NCBI GenBank assembly: GCA_020137815.1
Contig: CM035355.1
Coordinates: 2,294,001-2,358,000, forward strand
Source of the DNA: Hormiphora californensis
Lineage: Eukaryota; Animalia; Ctenophora
Direction: 5' to 3'
DNA length: 64,000 nt
Shown here: positions 17,277 to 32,057 of the stretch, in pieces
Numbering within the stretch: the stretch's first letter is position 1
Layout: each line of letters begins with the position of its first letter
Notes under the pieces: generated by a model
What the model saw: the letters and a program-made list of their open reading frames with translations, nothing else
Told to the model about the DNA's origin: nothing
Databases searched by the model: none
Program-made: the position numbers and the translations under genes

Positions 17277-19373
17277 ATGAAGGGTGACTCAGCTCCTGCA
17301 GCAGATGGAGGAGAGGACAAGAGATTCACCCATGTCAAGGCAGATCCCCGGTTCCGGAAGGCGGGAAAAACAAAACGAAAGGTCAAAATAGACAACCGAT
17401 TCCAGCACATGTTCACGGACCCCAGCTTTAACTCAGTTGATTTTGTTGATAGTCGGGGACGGAAGGAGAAGGTTGTTGCCAAGGAAAACCTGGAACGGTT
17501 CTACGAGGTTGAAAAAGAGGATAGTGATAGTGAAAAAGAAGAAGAAGAGATAGAGGAAGAAGAGGTAGAAGATGAAGAAGAGGAAGAGGACTCATCTGAT
17601 GGAGAGAGTAGTGAGGGAGAGGGGGAGGAGGAACCTGCCATGTTCGATGCTTGGGATGAAGTCAATACGTGTGTAGAGACAATATCAGAATCAACACCCC
17701 GGTTATCAATCTGTAACCTCAACTGGGATAGAATAACAGCGACAGATATTTTTGTGATGTGCCAAACTTCCCTCCCCGTTGGTGGGTCAGTGTGTCAGGT
17801 GCATGTGTATCCCTCGCAGTTTGGAAAGGAACAAATGGAGAAGGAAAGGGAGAAGGGGCCAGAGATTGAGAGGGAAGAGGAGGAGAGGGAGGAGAAGTCA
17901 GAATATAGCAATGAAGCTCTCAGAAAATACCAGGTTAGACAATCCACGATCACTCTCTCCCAATTCTTTCCGGCTCGTGCATGTCCCTTCCCAAAAAGAA
18001 TTAACTTATCCATCCTTTACTTTCCTAGGTTGAGCGATTGAAGTACTACTACGCGATTGTAACGTGTGATAGCACTACCACGGCAGATCACCTGTATAAG
18101 GAACTGGATGGGGTGGAATATCAACTCAGTTCATCGGTAATTATACTAATTGGGTAGTAATTAAGGGGCAATTAAGTAATTGTATGCCCCCATTAGATGG
18201 TGCGTTGTAGAGTGGTTGACTTTGCTAGCTCTGCCCAAAAGGGAGAAAGTCGTACAACTCCGATGGGATGATTGATTTGCTCAGAATCAGCCCTTGGTTC
18301 GAACAAATAATTTCAAACTCCTCCTTCAGATTTTAGATTTGCGGTATGTTCCTGATGATATCGAATTTGATGATGATCCTCCTTCGTCTACGTGTGTCAG
18401 TATGCCAGATATGACGACATACAAACCCCCACATTTCACAACAACCGCGCTACAGGTATCTCAAAATAATTAGTTAATTAAAATATTGCCTCAATAACTT
18501 ATTTTACAACTGTATAGAACCAGAAGCTAACAACGTTTAGAATTAAAGATCCATACTTTTTAGTTTATTTTTTTCATGTCATTTTTTTTAGTTTCACACA
18601 GAAACTTTCCCTTTCGTTCTGTTATTGAGACCGATACCCCCTTTCAGAATAGCTCAGTGAAATTGACCTGGGATGAGACTGATCAGAACAGATTACATCT
18701 CACCACCAAGAAGTTTACCGAGAAGGATTTAGAGAATGTGGATTTCTCAACCCTCATCGCATCCTCTGAATCAGAATCAGAGGGAGAAGAAGGTACTTAC
18801 GACACACATTATATTGAACACTTCCCTACCTTGACATTGCGATGCCACTCTTATCTTCCCGCTCCAATCAAAAGGAGCGCATAAAAACAGTGGTCAGTGT
18901 GATGTCTGACATCCACCCTTTCAGGTGAAGGACCCTCGTTGGAGAAGTACAAGGCTCTGCTAGCCGATGAAGATGGGGATGCAGGGGAGGGTGAGGTTGA
19001 CCAGGAGATGGAGATAACATGGACAACAGGCCTAGAGGATAACCAAGAGGTAACTTTATCTGTCTATCTGTCTGTCTGTCTGCTTGTCTGTGTGTCATCT
19101 TCAGATCCCTACTACCACGTTTTCACATTGTGACTCCCTCGTTCTCTCCCGATATAGGTGCTTGACGAGGCCCAAAAGAACGAGGATAGGCAGGAGGAGG
19201 CGACACTTTATCAACCGGATGAGACAGACGACTTCTTTGCAACCGATACTGTCATTGAAAAACCGGAGAAAAAGAAGAAGAAGAAGAAGAGAAAGGGCGG
19301 AGAAGAGGTTTCAAAAGAGGCATCTGAACTTGCTCTTCTTATGGAGGTAACAAGTTCTAACTGCTTCCTCCCC

Positions 19374-19420
<47 letters not shown>

Positions 19421-20024
19421 TCTTTCTCTAACTCCCTCTTTCTCTCAGGAGGATAAAGACGATAAGAAACATTTTAACATGAAAAAGATCGTGAAAACAG
19501 CTGGAAAATCAGAGGGCGACGCCTTCCAAGTTGACCTAGAAGACGACCGATTCTCCGCCTTCAAAAGTTCCCATCTCTATGCTATCGATCCATCAGCTCC
19601 AGAATACAAGAGTACCGCCCAGACTGAGAGATTGCGGGCTGCCCAGGCTGCTGCCCTTTCTGAAGCCGGGGAGAGGAGGAAAGAGGGAGGTGGGACAGGG
19701 AACAGTGTGCTGGATAAAATTAAAAGTAGATCTGCTGCATTCGAGATGAAAAAGCAGGGAAGTAAACTGTATAAGACGAAAGACAAGCTGAGTAAAGACC
19801 AACCAGCAGAGATCAGCGTGCCATCATCGGAGGAAACGAAGGTCAAAAAGAAGAAGAAGAAAGTCAGTGTTGTTGTTGAAGAAGCAGCAGTTGTTGAAAA
19901 GAAGAAGAAGAGGAAAGCAGAGAATGCCTCGACTGAGGAAGTTGTTGAAAAGAAGAAGAAGAGGAAAACGGAAGAGACTGGAGAAGTTGTGAAAAAGAAG
20001 AAGAAAAAGAAGTTGGAGACGTGA
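17277..20024 (+). CDS. ESF1: Pre-rRNA processing protein ESF1 (~7 exons)
   Basis: DKRFTHVKADPRF, IDNRFQHMF, RLSICNLNWDRITATDIFV, VYPSQFGKEQM, LRKYQVERLKYYYAIV, VKLTWDETD and NUC153-like DDRFSAF..SHLYAIDPSAPEYK, with a Lys-rich tail. Confidence 0.95.
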
Positions 20025-20197
20025 GCACACATTTGTGTGAATTGACCACTCTCTGTTTTTATCTAACTTATTACCGTTTTTGTGATATTGGGCCAGTTTT
20101 TATCCAGCCAACCATGTTTGTTGTTTATGTCCCCAACCCATCCTCCCCCACTCCAACACACTCTCCCCCACTCCAACCCCCTCTCTCCTTACTATAA

Positions 20198-21570
<1,373 letters not shown>

Positions 21571-21896
21571 TTTGACAGAATACTCTTTTTCTTTCTTCTC
21601 GTCAAGGCTGTCTCCGCCCTGTAAGGAGACAGGAGACTCACTGAGATATGAGTTGGTATTCTGGGTATTCTCTGACTCCAGCCGATACAAACAGTTTTGA
21701 GTTAACTTATTGTTTTATTAACCGGGTTTATTTTAACAACTTTTATTCTTCTTGTGCAACCCCTCCCATCTCCCCAAATAGCGATCCAGCCCCTCCCCTC
21801 AAATCCCAATTCAATATCCCCCTTTTTTTAATGTCTCACCTATAACAGTAACACTGTACTTTTCAATCTCTCGCCAATAACACTACTTTGCTAGTC

Positions 21897-23395
21897 ATGC
21901 TTTGTACACGATGTGGAGTAAAGAGGATCGCAACCCTGAAAGAGCTCCTCCCAGCCAGACACAACTCTTCGGAAAGGAAAATCTCTTCTAGAACAGCCAA
22001 TCAGAGGCTCTCAAACATATTTACAACAACCAATCAGAGACTCTCAAACATGATTCCAACAACCAATCACAGACTCTCCTCCTTGTTTCCATTGACCAAT
22101 CACAAACGAGAACTCTCATCCTTCCAAACCCCCTCGTCGCCAACGCCAGGGAATGAGGGTACTACAGCTAGGATACCCCGGCCTCAACCAAAAACAGAGT
22201 GGGCCTTCAACCCCATGGCTATAATTCCTGTTGTCTGCTTTGGCCTGGGTAAGTCAATCAACTAACTGACGTGTTGTTTCATTGTGTTTTGCAGTTTGCT
22301 AGGCAATTACAGGAAACGTCTTATTCCTGATCCTAACTCCTTGCCTCATCCACTTCCTAGATATATGAACCTCATCTCCAAAGAACTGCATTCCACCTAG
22401 ACCACGTGTAGTTAAAAGGGGTGCTAAAGCCCACACCCCTCCAATATGTTACTAACTCCTAACTCCTTGCCTCCTCCACTAGGTTGCTGGCAGGTAGAGA
22501 GAAGGAAATGGAAGATGCAAGTAATACAAGAGATGGAGGAAAGGAGGGACATGGTCCCTACTCCACTGGACACTAAACAGGACTACCCAGAGTATACACC
22601 AGTAGTAATTAAAGGTTGGAATTCCGCTCCCTCCCCGACTTCTGTAGCTATATCCCACTACCTCTACAAAACACCACTCTTCATTTCTCTCAATGTTCTA
22701 AAACCTCCCCCTTTGCCAGGTAGTTTTGACTACACTCACGAGTTCTACCTCGGACCGCGTCACTCTGTGGTGGATCACTCCGAGAAGGGTACACCTGGTG
22801 GTTACCACTCCATTGTACCCTTCACCCTCTCCAATGGAGAGAGGATCCTCGTTGATAGGGGCTGGGTGGCACGACGAGACAAGAAACCATCCGGACAGGT
22901 GTGTGGTGTTTTGTTATGTAGACTCTCGCAGACAACTCGTTAGCTACAATTTAGCCTTGCTCAACCCTCTAGTTCCCTAAGGGTTGAAACATATACCAGC
23001 TGCAATGTTCTGTGTTCAGGTGACAGGAGAGGTAACCCTGAAAGGTTACATAAGAGCTGCTGAGCCCCCTGTTATGGCCTCAATGGCTCCCCCAGCCGGA
23101 TCTAGTCCGACCTACATTTGGCGAGATGCCCCAGTGATGGCAGAGAAATCGGGCAGCCTGCCAATAACTGTGGAACTCTTTGCTGAACATTCCATTGAAA
23201 ATGGTACGTGTGTCTTTTAGTAGTCAGTTGTGAAATAGGCAGTGAGTAATGGGTGGAGTCGAAAATTATAAAGATTTTAGATTACACTAATACAGCTATT
23301 CTGTACGTTGTTTTATGATATTGTGTCATCGAGACTCTGTAATGGCTAATGACTGTAATAATGGTGGGATCCAATGTGAGAGCGCCTTATTCGAC

Positions 23396-23459
<64 letters not shown>

Positions 23460-23811
23460 GCTCTCGCTCTATGTTGTAGTGATCCTATGATGATGTTTAG
23501 TCCGTAGGAAATTAGCATCTGGCGTCTGTTTACTTTTGAATTTGAATGGCGCAACAACCGTTTATCTAGTGCCGATATAAACAGTCAGCTAGTATAACGG
23601 GTAGACATTTGTTTTCAGAATCCCCCTATTTGACAATTCTGTGTTTTCAGGACCTTTAGCAGGACAGACAAGGCTATCTGTCTACAATAAACACATGGAG
23701 TACATCATCACGTGGTTTGGATTGTGTATTGCCTCTCTCTTCTATCTGGGACGTGGGGGAACATCCCGTGGCACTTCTCTTTCATCCCGACTTCTCCGAC
23801 AAAAAAGATAG
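21897..23811 (+). CDS. SURF1: SURF1 cytochrome c oxidase assembly factor
   Basis: IPVVCFGLG-CWQVERRKWK, ILVDRGWV, and last exon GQTRLSVYNKHMEYIITWFGL, with an N-terminal Arg/Ser-rich presequence-like region. Confidence 0.93.
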
Positions 23812-24135
23812 CAAGAAGATAGCTGGAGTAGTATTTTGTTTGTTCTCTTTGTAATATGCCGCCCAGCAATCCCTCATACTCTGCGACCCTCTTCGAACTC
23901 TTGTGAGGTGCGGAATTTTGTAAAATAGAAATCGAGTTGTTGTTCTCTATCTCTCTCCACCAACCCTCTCTCTATTCCTTTATCACCCTCCCTCTTCTCT
24001 CAAGCTCCCTTCCACCCTCGTCCCTCCCTCTCTCTCTCTCTGACCCTCCCTTTCTCCCCCTCCTCCCTCTCCCTCCCTCTCTCCCTTCCTCCCTCTCTCC
24101 CTTCCTCTCACATGCCACCTGTTCTAGCCAAGGTA

Positions 24136-26312
24136 ATGACGTCTGATCAGCAAGTGCAGCAGGGATTTCACAATTACAAAATTCCCCTCTGCCTCTTGGC
24201 TATCTACCTGCGTCTGTGTATCAGTTTTGCACCCCATAGCGGCCAAGGAACTCCCCCAAAATACGGAGATTATGAGGTAAGGATTCGAACCTTGAATTAC
24301 TATTTACCTGGCCACTGATATTATACCGATCGTAGCCCGATTTACCGGACAAAATTATTCACCCCGAGCATCCCGGTAAATTAAAGTCCAGCGGTGTTTA
24401 TAATTATATCCGGGTACTGGTCATCGCCACTTTGCTTTTGGTAATGAAAGATCACGTAATCCATGCTTTAGTCATTGGTCTTGCTCGTTTTCTACCTCAT
24501 CTCGGTCTAGACAAGTAAATGAGTTCACTCATTCATCCTCCCCCAACATAGTATTCCGTGTTAATTTCTGCAGCTATTCCATTTGTCATTTGCCCTATCG
24601 AGGGCTTGAGGTATCCGGTATCAGGCTGTGAGTATCGTGTTTTCTTTGAATAGATCTTGACATCACTACTATAACAGAGGCCATGTTAACATGGTGCATA
24701 GTATCATGACAAGTTTAGACAAATTGTCACTGTTTACCAGTACGCGACAAATTAGACCTAGTATAAAGTGTATTCTCCTGATCCTTCATCCTGGTGTAGT
24801 ATTATTCAAGAGATTTACAAAATGCTTTAGGTTTTGATTCCATTCTTAAGTTACAAACACACCTGTTGCCAGCTTTTAATTCTCTAATCTAATTGTGTGC
24901 CCTTCCCATAGGCACAGAGACATTGGCAGGAGATAACAGTTAACCTACCCACATCTGATTGGTATCGCAACACCACTGACAATGATCTTGCATACTGGGG
25001 ACTAGATTATCCCCCTCTAACTGCATACCATAGTCTCACTTTGGGTAAAGTTGCCCAGGTGGTTAACAGTAGTTGGGTGAGGCTGCATAACTCTCGGGGA
25101 GAGGAGAGCTATGGACATAAGGTCAGTCTTCAGAAGCCCTTACTTTCCTCCATTATTTCTTTGATTTTTTACTTTAATTTTTTTCCTCTTTTCTTCTTCG
25201 CATCCATGGTTTTGCAAGGAGTTATTTATCTTTGATCTTTGCCATTCGTATGTTGTGACGTGCTCACACCAGTCTTTCCAATCCAGGTATTTATGAGGTG
25301 GTCGGTTTTAGCGAGCGAGTTTCTCTATCTGGGCCCCCTCTTCCTCCTCTCTTCCTCCCACCCCGCTGCCCTAATCCTGATAGCTATCACTCCAGCCCAG
25401 CCACTAATAGACCACGGACACTTCCAATACAACTGTATCTCTCTTGGACTAACACTTTGTGCTGTATACGCACTACACCGTTCTCGATACTGCCTCGGTA
25501 GTGCGTTCTTCTCTCTTGCCCTAAACTACAAACAAATGTCACTCTACCACGCCCTCCCGATCTTCTTCTACATTCTCGGACCACGGTATAAGAGTTGGAA
25601 TGGTGTTTGGGAGGTTGTCAAGATTGGGGTGACGGTGGTATTGACATTCCTGGTCTGCTGGGCTCCCCTCATCCCTACAGCTGGTGATGTGTTAGTGAGG
25701 ATGTTCCCTTTTAACAGAGGATTATTTGAGGACAAAGTGGCGAACTTTTGGTGTAGCGCCAGTGTGGTTATCAAGTTTAAGGATCTTTTCTCTAGGTTCA
25801 TTCTTGCTAAAATGTCTCTGTTCCTCACCGTTCTCACCGTCCTGCCCTCCCAACTCCTTCTTTTCCGGCACCCAACCCACAAATCCTTCATCCTGGCCCT
25901 AACAAACTCTGCACTAGGATTCTTCCTGTTCTCCTTCCATGTCCACGAGAAAACTATCCTAATCCCCCTCACCACTGTCATGCTACTGTTCCATGACTCC
26001 CGAGAACCTGCCCTGTGGTTCACTGCCATAGCAACTTTCTCCATGTGGCCCCTGCTGTACCGTGATGGGCTAGCAGTGGTGTATCTGGCAGGTATGGGCC
26101 TGCTGCTGACGGTTACCCATGTTGTCCACAAGATGAGATGGTGGTTCTGGGTATCCATGTTGGGGTGTCTGGTGCTGCATGGAATGGAGATAGTGGTCCC
26201 TGCCCCGGAGAGATATCCACATATCCACCCACTACTAAACGCGTTATACTCAGCGGGACATTTTGGGGCGTTCTTTTGTTACTTCAACTATTTACAGGTT
26301 TCTAATCAGTAA
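24136..26312 (+). CDS. ALG6: Dolichyl-P-Glc:Man9GlcNAc2-PP-dolichol alpha-1,3-glucosyltransferase (3 exons)
   Basis: [14 protein letters not shown]|[76 protein letters not shown]. Confidence 0.96.
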
Positions 26313-26620
26313 TTTCATTAACTTAATTGGGATAATTAACTAATTTAATTGGAGTTATTAATGAATGCAATTTATTATACTTGCTTCTAATTCTATAGAA
26401 TGTTTCTTTTTCGTGAGGTATTGCTTGAAACCTGACATGTAGTAAATGTAATAGTTGCCGTCATTCTCTGCTGTGTAACACACACTAGTTGTGAACATTC
26501 CTAGCTATAATTTGTTAAGCCCCATGTTTCTTATTGCTATACAGCTGGCCATTATTACCCGATACAGGCCCGATACTCAATTCTTACCCTATAATAACCC
26601 AATCTCTGCTAAATTAGGAC

Positions 26621-29600
26621 ATGACTTGGCCAGACAGCGTGGGTATCTTGGCGGTTGAGGTTTACATTCCCAACACATACGTCTCCCACCAGGAACTAGA
26701 GACCTACGACAATGTCAGCACAGGTAACTATGACGTCACAGGTATTGAACACATAGCTACTTCATAGCTACAGATCGGTATACTGGGGGATATTTTACGT
26801 TTATAAACAGCTATCTCAATCTCCAGGCAAGTACACAATTGGACTTGGTCAGACTGGGATGGGATTCTGTTCAGATGCAGAGGATATCTGCTCTCTCAGT
26901 CTGACAGCTGTGCACGGCCTCATGGAGAAACATAATATCGCTTACAGTGACATTGGACATTTACAGGTACACATTGGTTACGAAGTCACCCCTGTTATTA
27001 TATTGCATATAGGGTACAGGTACACAACTAAGTCCCGTCTCTCTCTAGACAGTCCTCTCTCTGGTATCCCTCTGCCCTCATCCCCCCCCCCCATTTAGTC
27101 CCCTATGCATGGCTGTCCTCTAGTCCACTGTCCACCCCCCTCCCTCCACTCCACCTCTCTCCCAAGTCCACCCTCTCGCAGTCCCTAGTCCACCCCTCTT
27201 TCTAATCCCCACTCTCCCCCTCTAGGTGGGCACAGAGACGCTGCAGGACAAGAGCAAGGCAGTTAAGACGGTGCTGATGGAATTATTTGTGAAACACGGA
27301 AACAGTGATATTGAGGGGGTGGACTGTTTAAATGCCTGCTATGGGGGAACTGCGGCCCTTTTTAATGCAATTAATTGGGTTGAGAGTAGCTCCTGGGACG
27401 GTGAGTGTGATTAGTTAATTAGTAGCTGCTGGGATGGTGAGTGTGATTAGTTTTAACTAATTATAATTAGTAGCTGCTGGGATGGTGAGATTTATTCATT
27501 TCACAGTGGTGCTCCATTATATTGGCTGCCCGCATAACGTCGTGGACAACGCCCGGCCGGCCAATATATGACGGAGTACCATGACTGTCAGCTATGTAAC
27601 ACAACCTGTTCTGTACTGCATCTCACTACCATTCCAACCCTATTTCCTAGCTAATATGTAACACACAACTTCCTCCCAGGCCGGTATGCTATAGTGGTAG
27701 CAGCCGATATAGCAGTGTATGCCAGTGGTGCTGCCAGGCCTACTGGAGGGGCTGGAGCTGTGGCGATGCTGATAGGTGCTAATGCTGTACTTACACTAGA
27801 AAGAGGTACACACAGTTCAATTGTCCCCCAAATTGGTAGCCGAGTCTTGTTGTCGTCAGATAGTCCACGACTTCATTCATTCACTCATCCTCCCCACCGT
27901 TCAACTGAAACTTCCCCTTCCTCCTCCCTTTTTCACGTAATTTCCCCTTCACAGGTTTGAGACACACCCATATGGATCATGTTTATGATTTCTATAAACC
28001 TGATATGAATTCAGAGTACCCCCGGGTTAATGGGAAACTGTCAATAGAATGCTTTCTTCGCTCCCTCGATATCACTTATAAAGGGTGAGTACTGTTTTTT
28101 TAGAAATTTCGGGGACGTTTCTTTTCGGATTGTTGAGTAACGGATTGTTGAGTAACAAACAATGGCGGCATATGACAGAGGGCCAGGGAGAGAGTAAGAG
28201 CGAGGTTTCAACGTTGTATTTTTACAGTTACAAGATGAAAGCAGCACGTAAAGAAGGGAAAGATAAAGTCGATAGTAGTCACTTTGATTATCTTGTAAGT
28301 TTCCAATGAGTCAGTCCATGCAATTGCAAAGTATATTTCAAGGAAGGTTATTAAACTTTTCAAAACTTTTTTACACTTTTTAACCGTCCAACTAAATATT
28401 TTCAGACGTTTCACTCTCCCTACTGCAAGCTGGTCCAGAAATCTTTTGCCCGTGTATTTTACCAAGATTACATATCATCAGACAAAGTTATCGACCACCT
28501 CGAACCCTACAGGTATTAATACTGTGAGGGGTAGCCAGGATAGATAACGAGCACACCTCCCGTTACGGTAACGGGAGGTGGGCTCGTAACAGTTACCATG
28601 GCGACTAACTGTTTACTGTGGTAACGGAAGGTTGTAACCATGGTAACATAAGGATAGTTATTAGTTACTGTGGGACTAGATTTAGATTAGGAATAAGGAG
28701 TGAATAGTTTAATGATCACGTGACCCCCCCCCCCCCCCTTCAGGCACATACAAAGTGACTACCTAAATAGAGATCTAGAGAAGGCCTTTATAGCACACAG
28801 TAAGGACAGTTTTGAGCGGATGACTACCCCCTCACTCCTGATTCCTCGTAATGTTGGGAACATGTACACAGCCACACTCTACTCTTGTATTGTATCACTT
28901 TTTGTCAGGTAACTTATTCTTGTTTTAACGTATCCTTCAAAAATTTGTCGACCAATACCAGCTGTAACCCCGTGTACTGGTACTAGATAGTGGTTAGATC
29001 TACACTAATCCTATAATAATGCCTCCCCCCCCTCAGTAAGTCTCCAGAAGAGATAGTAAACACACGGATAGGAGCCTTTTCCTACGGTTCTGGCCTTGCT
29101 TCCTCCTTTTTCTCATTCAAAGTATCGCCTGAACTGGAGCGAGTGAGGCGTTTCTGTTCCAGTCTTTCCAATATCCCCTCCTTCCTTGAGAGCAGAACAA
29201 AGGTATGTACTGTTCACCTACAATGGACACCGAATCAGAAAATACTGGTCCCTGATTGGCTGATAACCAGTCACGTGACCTAAATAACGAGTTCTGATTG
29301 GTTGTTTACTTGTTTCGGTCGGTTCCTGATGGACACTAACAGTAACAGTGTTCATGCTGTTGCTTTTTAATACACAACTGCCCAACAAACTAGGGACCGG
29401 TAGAAGTTATGGGAGACAGTCTCAACAAATCACGAGAGACTAATAGTAGGGAAGCGTGGAGGCTTGTCCTACCCCAATAAATCACTGACCCAGGATTACT
29501 AAATATCACCCCTCTGCAGGTGTCACCAGAGCACTTTGAGAGGCTGATGAAGGAGAGAGAGTTGACACATCACCTACCAAACAGAACACCCTCCTTCGAA

Positions 29601-31410
29601 GTGGACAAATTAGGAAACGGAACATACTACATCGTCGAGGTGAGAGAGAAACAACTTTGAAAGAGATCGAGGACCCCGTTCTGGAACTTTCAGGCGATCA
29701 GATCCCGCTTTTTGTCTGGGTACCGTAATCTGGGGTAACTTTGTTTTGCAGGGTAACTTTGGACACTTTCAAAATTTGGCTTTAGTCCAAAATTACCAAC
29801 AGATAACGACAGATTTGGCATAATTTTTGGGTGTACAAGTAATTGACCCACAAATGTCTAACTAACGGTACAGTTATTTTTTTCAATTCTATGCTAATTA
29901 GCTCCTAATTAGGGACAAACATAATTGATGTCAAAATCGCTAAAAATGTTCAAATCAAAATGGGTACCATAGATTTGACCGGGCTAATGACCGAATCAAG
30001 TTTGCTCCATAGAGTGGAAGGGTTTTGATCAAATAAATCGGGGCACCATTTTTCAAACCCGATCAATTACTTTAATTGAGACTAATAGGGGTGGCTAATG
30101 TTACCCCACCATTTTTTGAATTTTGGGGTAACTTTGGACGGGGTGCCAAAGTTACCCCACACTACAGGTTTTGAACTTTTGATGTGTGTAGAGTTGCCTT
30201 AGACCCTCACTGAATTATTTAGGGCCATATAACCAAGATTCAGCCCACTCCACACCCATTTCGATCCATCTATTCGATAGGTTAGTGAAAAAAAACTAGG
30301 ATTTGGACTATTCTATGGAGCTAAATCACAGTAATCCGGCCTGAAACCCATCAAACTTCAATAATTTGGGGTTCCTCATCCATCCTGTAGCTTGTTAGAT
30401 GGTATTGGATCTCTAGGCGAGTGTTCTAGTTCTTGTAGACAATCTATGCAGGAACACAGGTACCAAAACTCCTTTATTTAGCCAGTACCCATATATATAA
30501 TAAGTAGACCACTTCCTGTCTATCCAATTCAGCAAAAAGAACTATACTATACTAACACACTCGCCTAGATAGAGGGCCAATACCATCTACCAAACTACAG
30601 GATGGATGAGGGACCCCAAATTACTGAAGTTTGATGGGTTTCAGGCCGGATGTGGCAACCTCTAAATCAAGTCCGATTGAGCTGAAATTTTATTTGGTGG
30701 CTAGTTTCATCATTCCTCAGTGAGGAATGCAATCCTCTAACCCAAAAAAGTTGAGTCGACATCAACAAATTTTTTTAAATCGTGGGGCGTTTGGCTAACC
30801 CTATTGTTCTTTTTTAATTTATTGACCCATTTAAACCCCATTTAAACATTTTAGGTTCATTTATTTATCATTGCAAAATGTTCGAATTTATGTTTGTTCC
30901 AATATTACTATCGTGGGGTAACTTTGGACGGGTGTCCAAAGTTACCCCACCCTCATTCCAAAGTTACCCCATGCCCTAAAACCCCACTTACACTAAAATA
31001 CACGTTAATTAATGTAATTAAATGAGAGGGGACCAAAAATTTCACTAGTTATATCTGGTGTACTAGGTCTGGATCGGGATTATTTGGTTCAAAAATTTTC
31101 GAGTGTGGTTCTGGCAAGGAGTTATTTTAGGAGAATGCTAAAAAGTGGTACAAAGTTACCCCAACTTACGGTACTACTCAAATACTATTTGAGCCTAGTA
31201 TAGACTATTTGAAATAGTCAACTCTCCTATTTTGGTTCCCCCTTAACTGCCACGATTAATCAATCTAACAAGAACCCCTCTTCCCAGGTCGACTCGCAAC
31301 ACAGACGTCAGTACGCCAGGACCTCTTTTTTAGAGTCACACCCTCGGTCTCACGATAAGGATCGTCTTTTGCAATCGGACTGTGCCCCTCATTATTGCCC
31401 ACACATGTGA
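26621..31410 (+). CDS. HMGCS1: Hydroxymethylglutaryl-CoA synthase (multi-exon)
   Basis: [51 protein letters not shown] (catalytic Cys), [42 protein letters not shown] and last exon VDSQHRRQY. Confidence 0.97.
27504..27581 (+). mobile_element. Short MITE-like inverted-repeat element (same family as 31898-32057)
   Basis: TGGTGCTCC..ATATTGGC...GCCAATAT..GACGGAGTACCA. Shares TIR-like ends with the element at 31898. Confidence 0.55.
29231..29328 (-). mobile_element. Second copy of the 109-bp hAT MITE, one TIR truncated
   Basis: Reverse complement of 14941-15049, flanked by the direct repeat ATGGACAC. Confidence 0.8.
29723..31171. mobile_element. Non-autonomous Tc1/mariner-superfamily (Tc2/pogo-like) DNA transposon in the last HMGCS intron
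   Basis: TIRs CCGTAATCTGGGGTAACTTTG...CAAAGTTACCCCAACTTACGG flanked by TA, with repeated internal GGGGTAACTTTGG/CCAAAGTTACCCC motifs and no transposase ORF. Confidence 0.85.
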
Positions 31411-31897
31411 CACGTTTTATATTATATTGTTAATGTTAACGTGTTGTTGTTGTTGAGGGTATGCGTCTTTTGTAATGTACGGGTGTGTTGTTGCTCTGAC
31501 AGTGACCCTTGGGAACTGGTGTTATATGATTTTGTTGAGTAAGGGGTGACTCAACAAATATAATTGATATCGTTATAGTTACGGAATGTGTACAGTAGGA
31601 GAATTGAGTCGTGTTGATATGCGAGAGTGTTATTTAATTTGAATTCCGGCAGTGAGTGAGCGGCGTATATTTTTTAGTATTTGTCATATGTCTTGGTGAG
31701 TATATTTGGGTCCCATTTTAACAGTAATTCACCGTGTTTTAGTTGGTCAAATAAAAGGGTAAGCAAGAATAAGATGTCCACGAGCGCCTCATGACCACAT
31801 TCAGCTCCTGGGTGCCTCATTTGGCAGCGTAGCGGTTGGTGACATAGACACCTGGTGCGACCCTATGTCACCAAGCGTAGCGGCCCCTTCTGTCTAA

Positions 31898-32057
31898 CGG
31901 TGGTGCTCCGTCATATTGGCCGCCCGCATAGCGCCGTCCAAAGCTTTGTCCAAGACGAGCGAGCATTCAATGTCAACGGGATACCATGAGCAATGCTTTA
32001 TTGCTTTAGGCCTCGCTTTAATTTTATGCGGGCGGCTAATTTGACGGAGCACCACAG
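31898..32057. mobile_element. MITE-like element with TIRs TGGTGCTCCGTCA...TGACGGAGCACCA
   Basis: Terminal inverted repeats and subterminal GCCGCCCGCATA/TATGCGGGCGGC seen. Confidence 0.6.
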
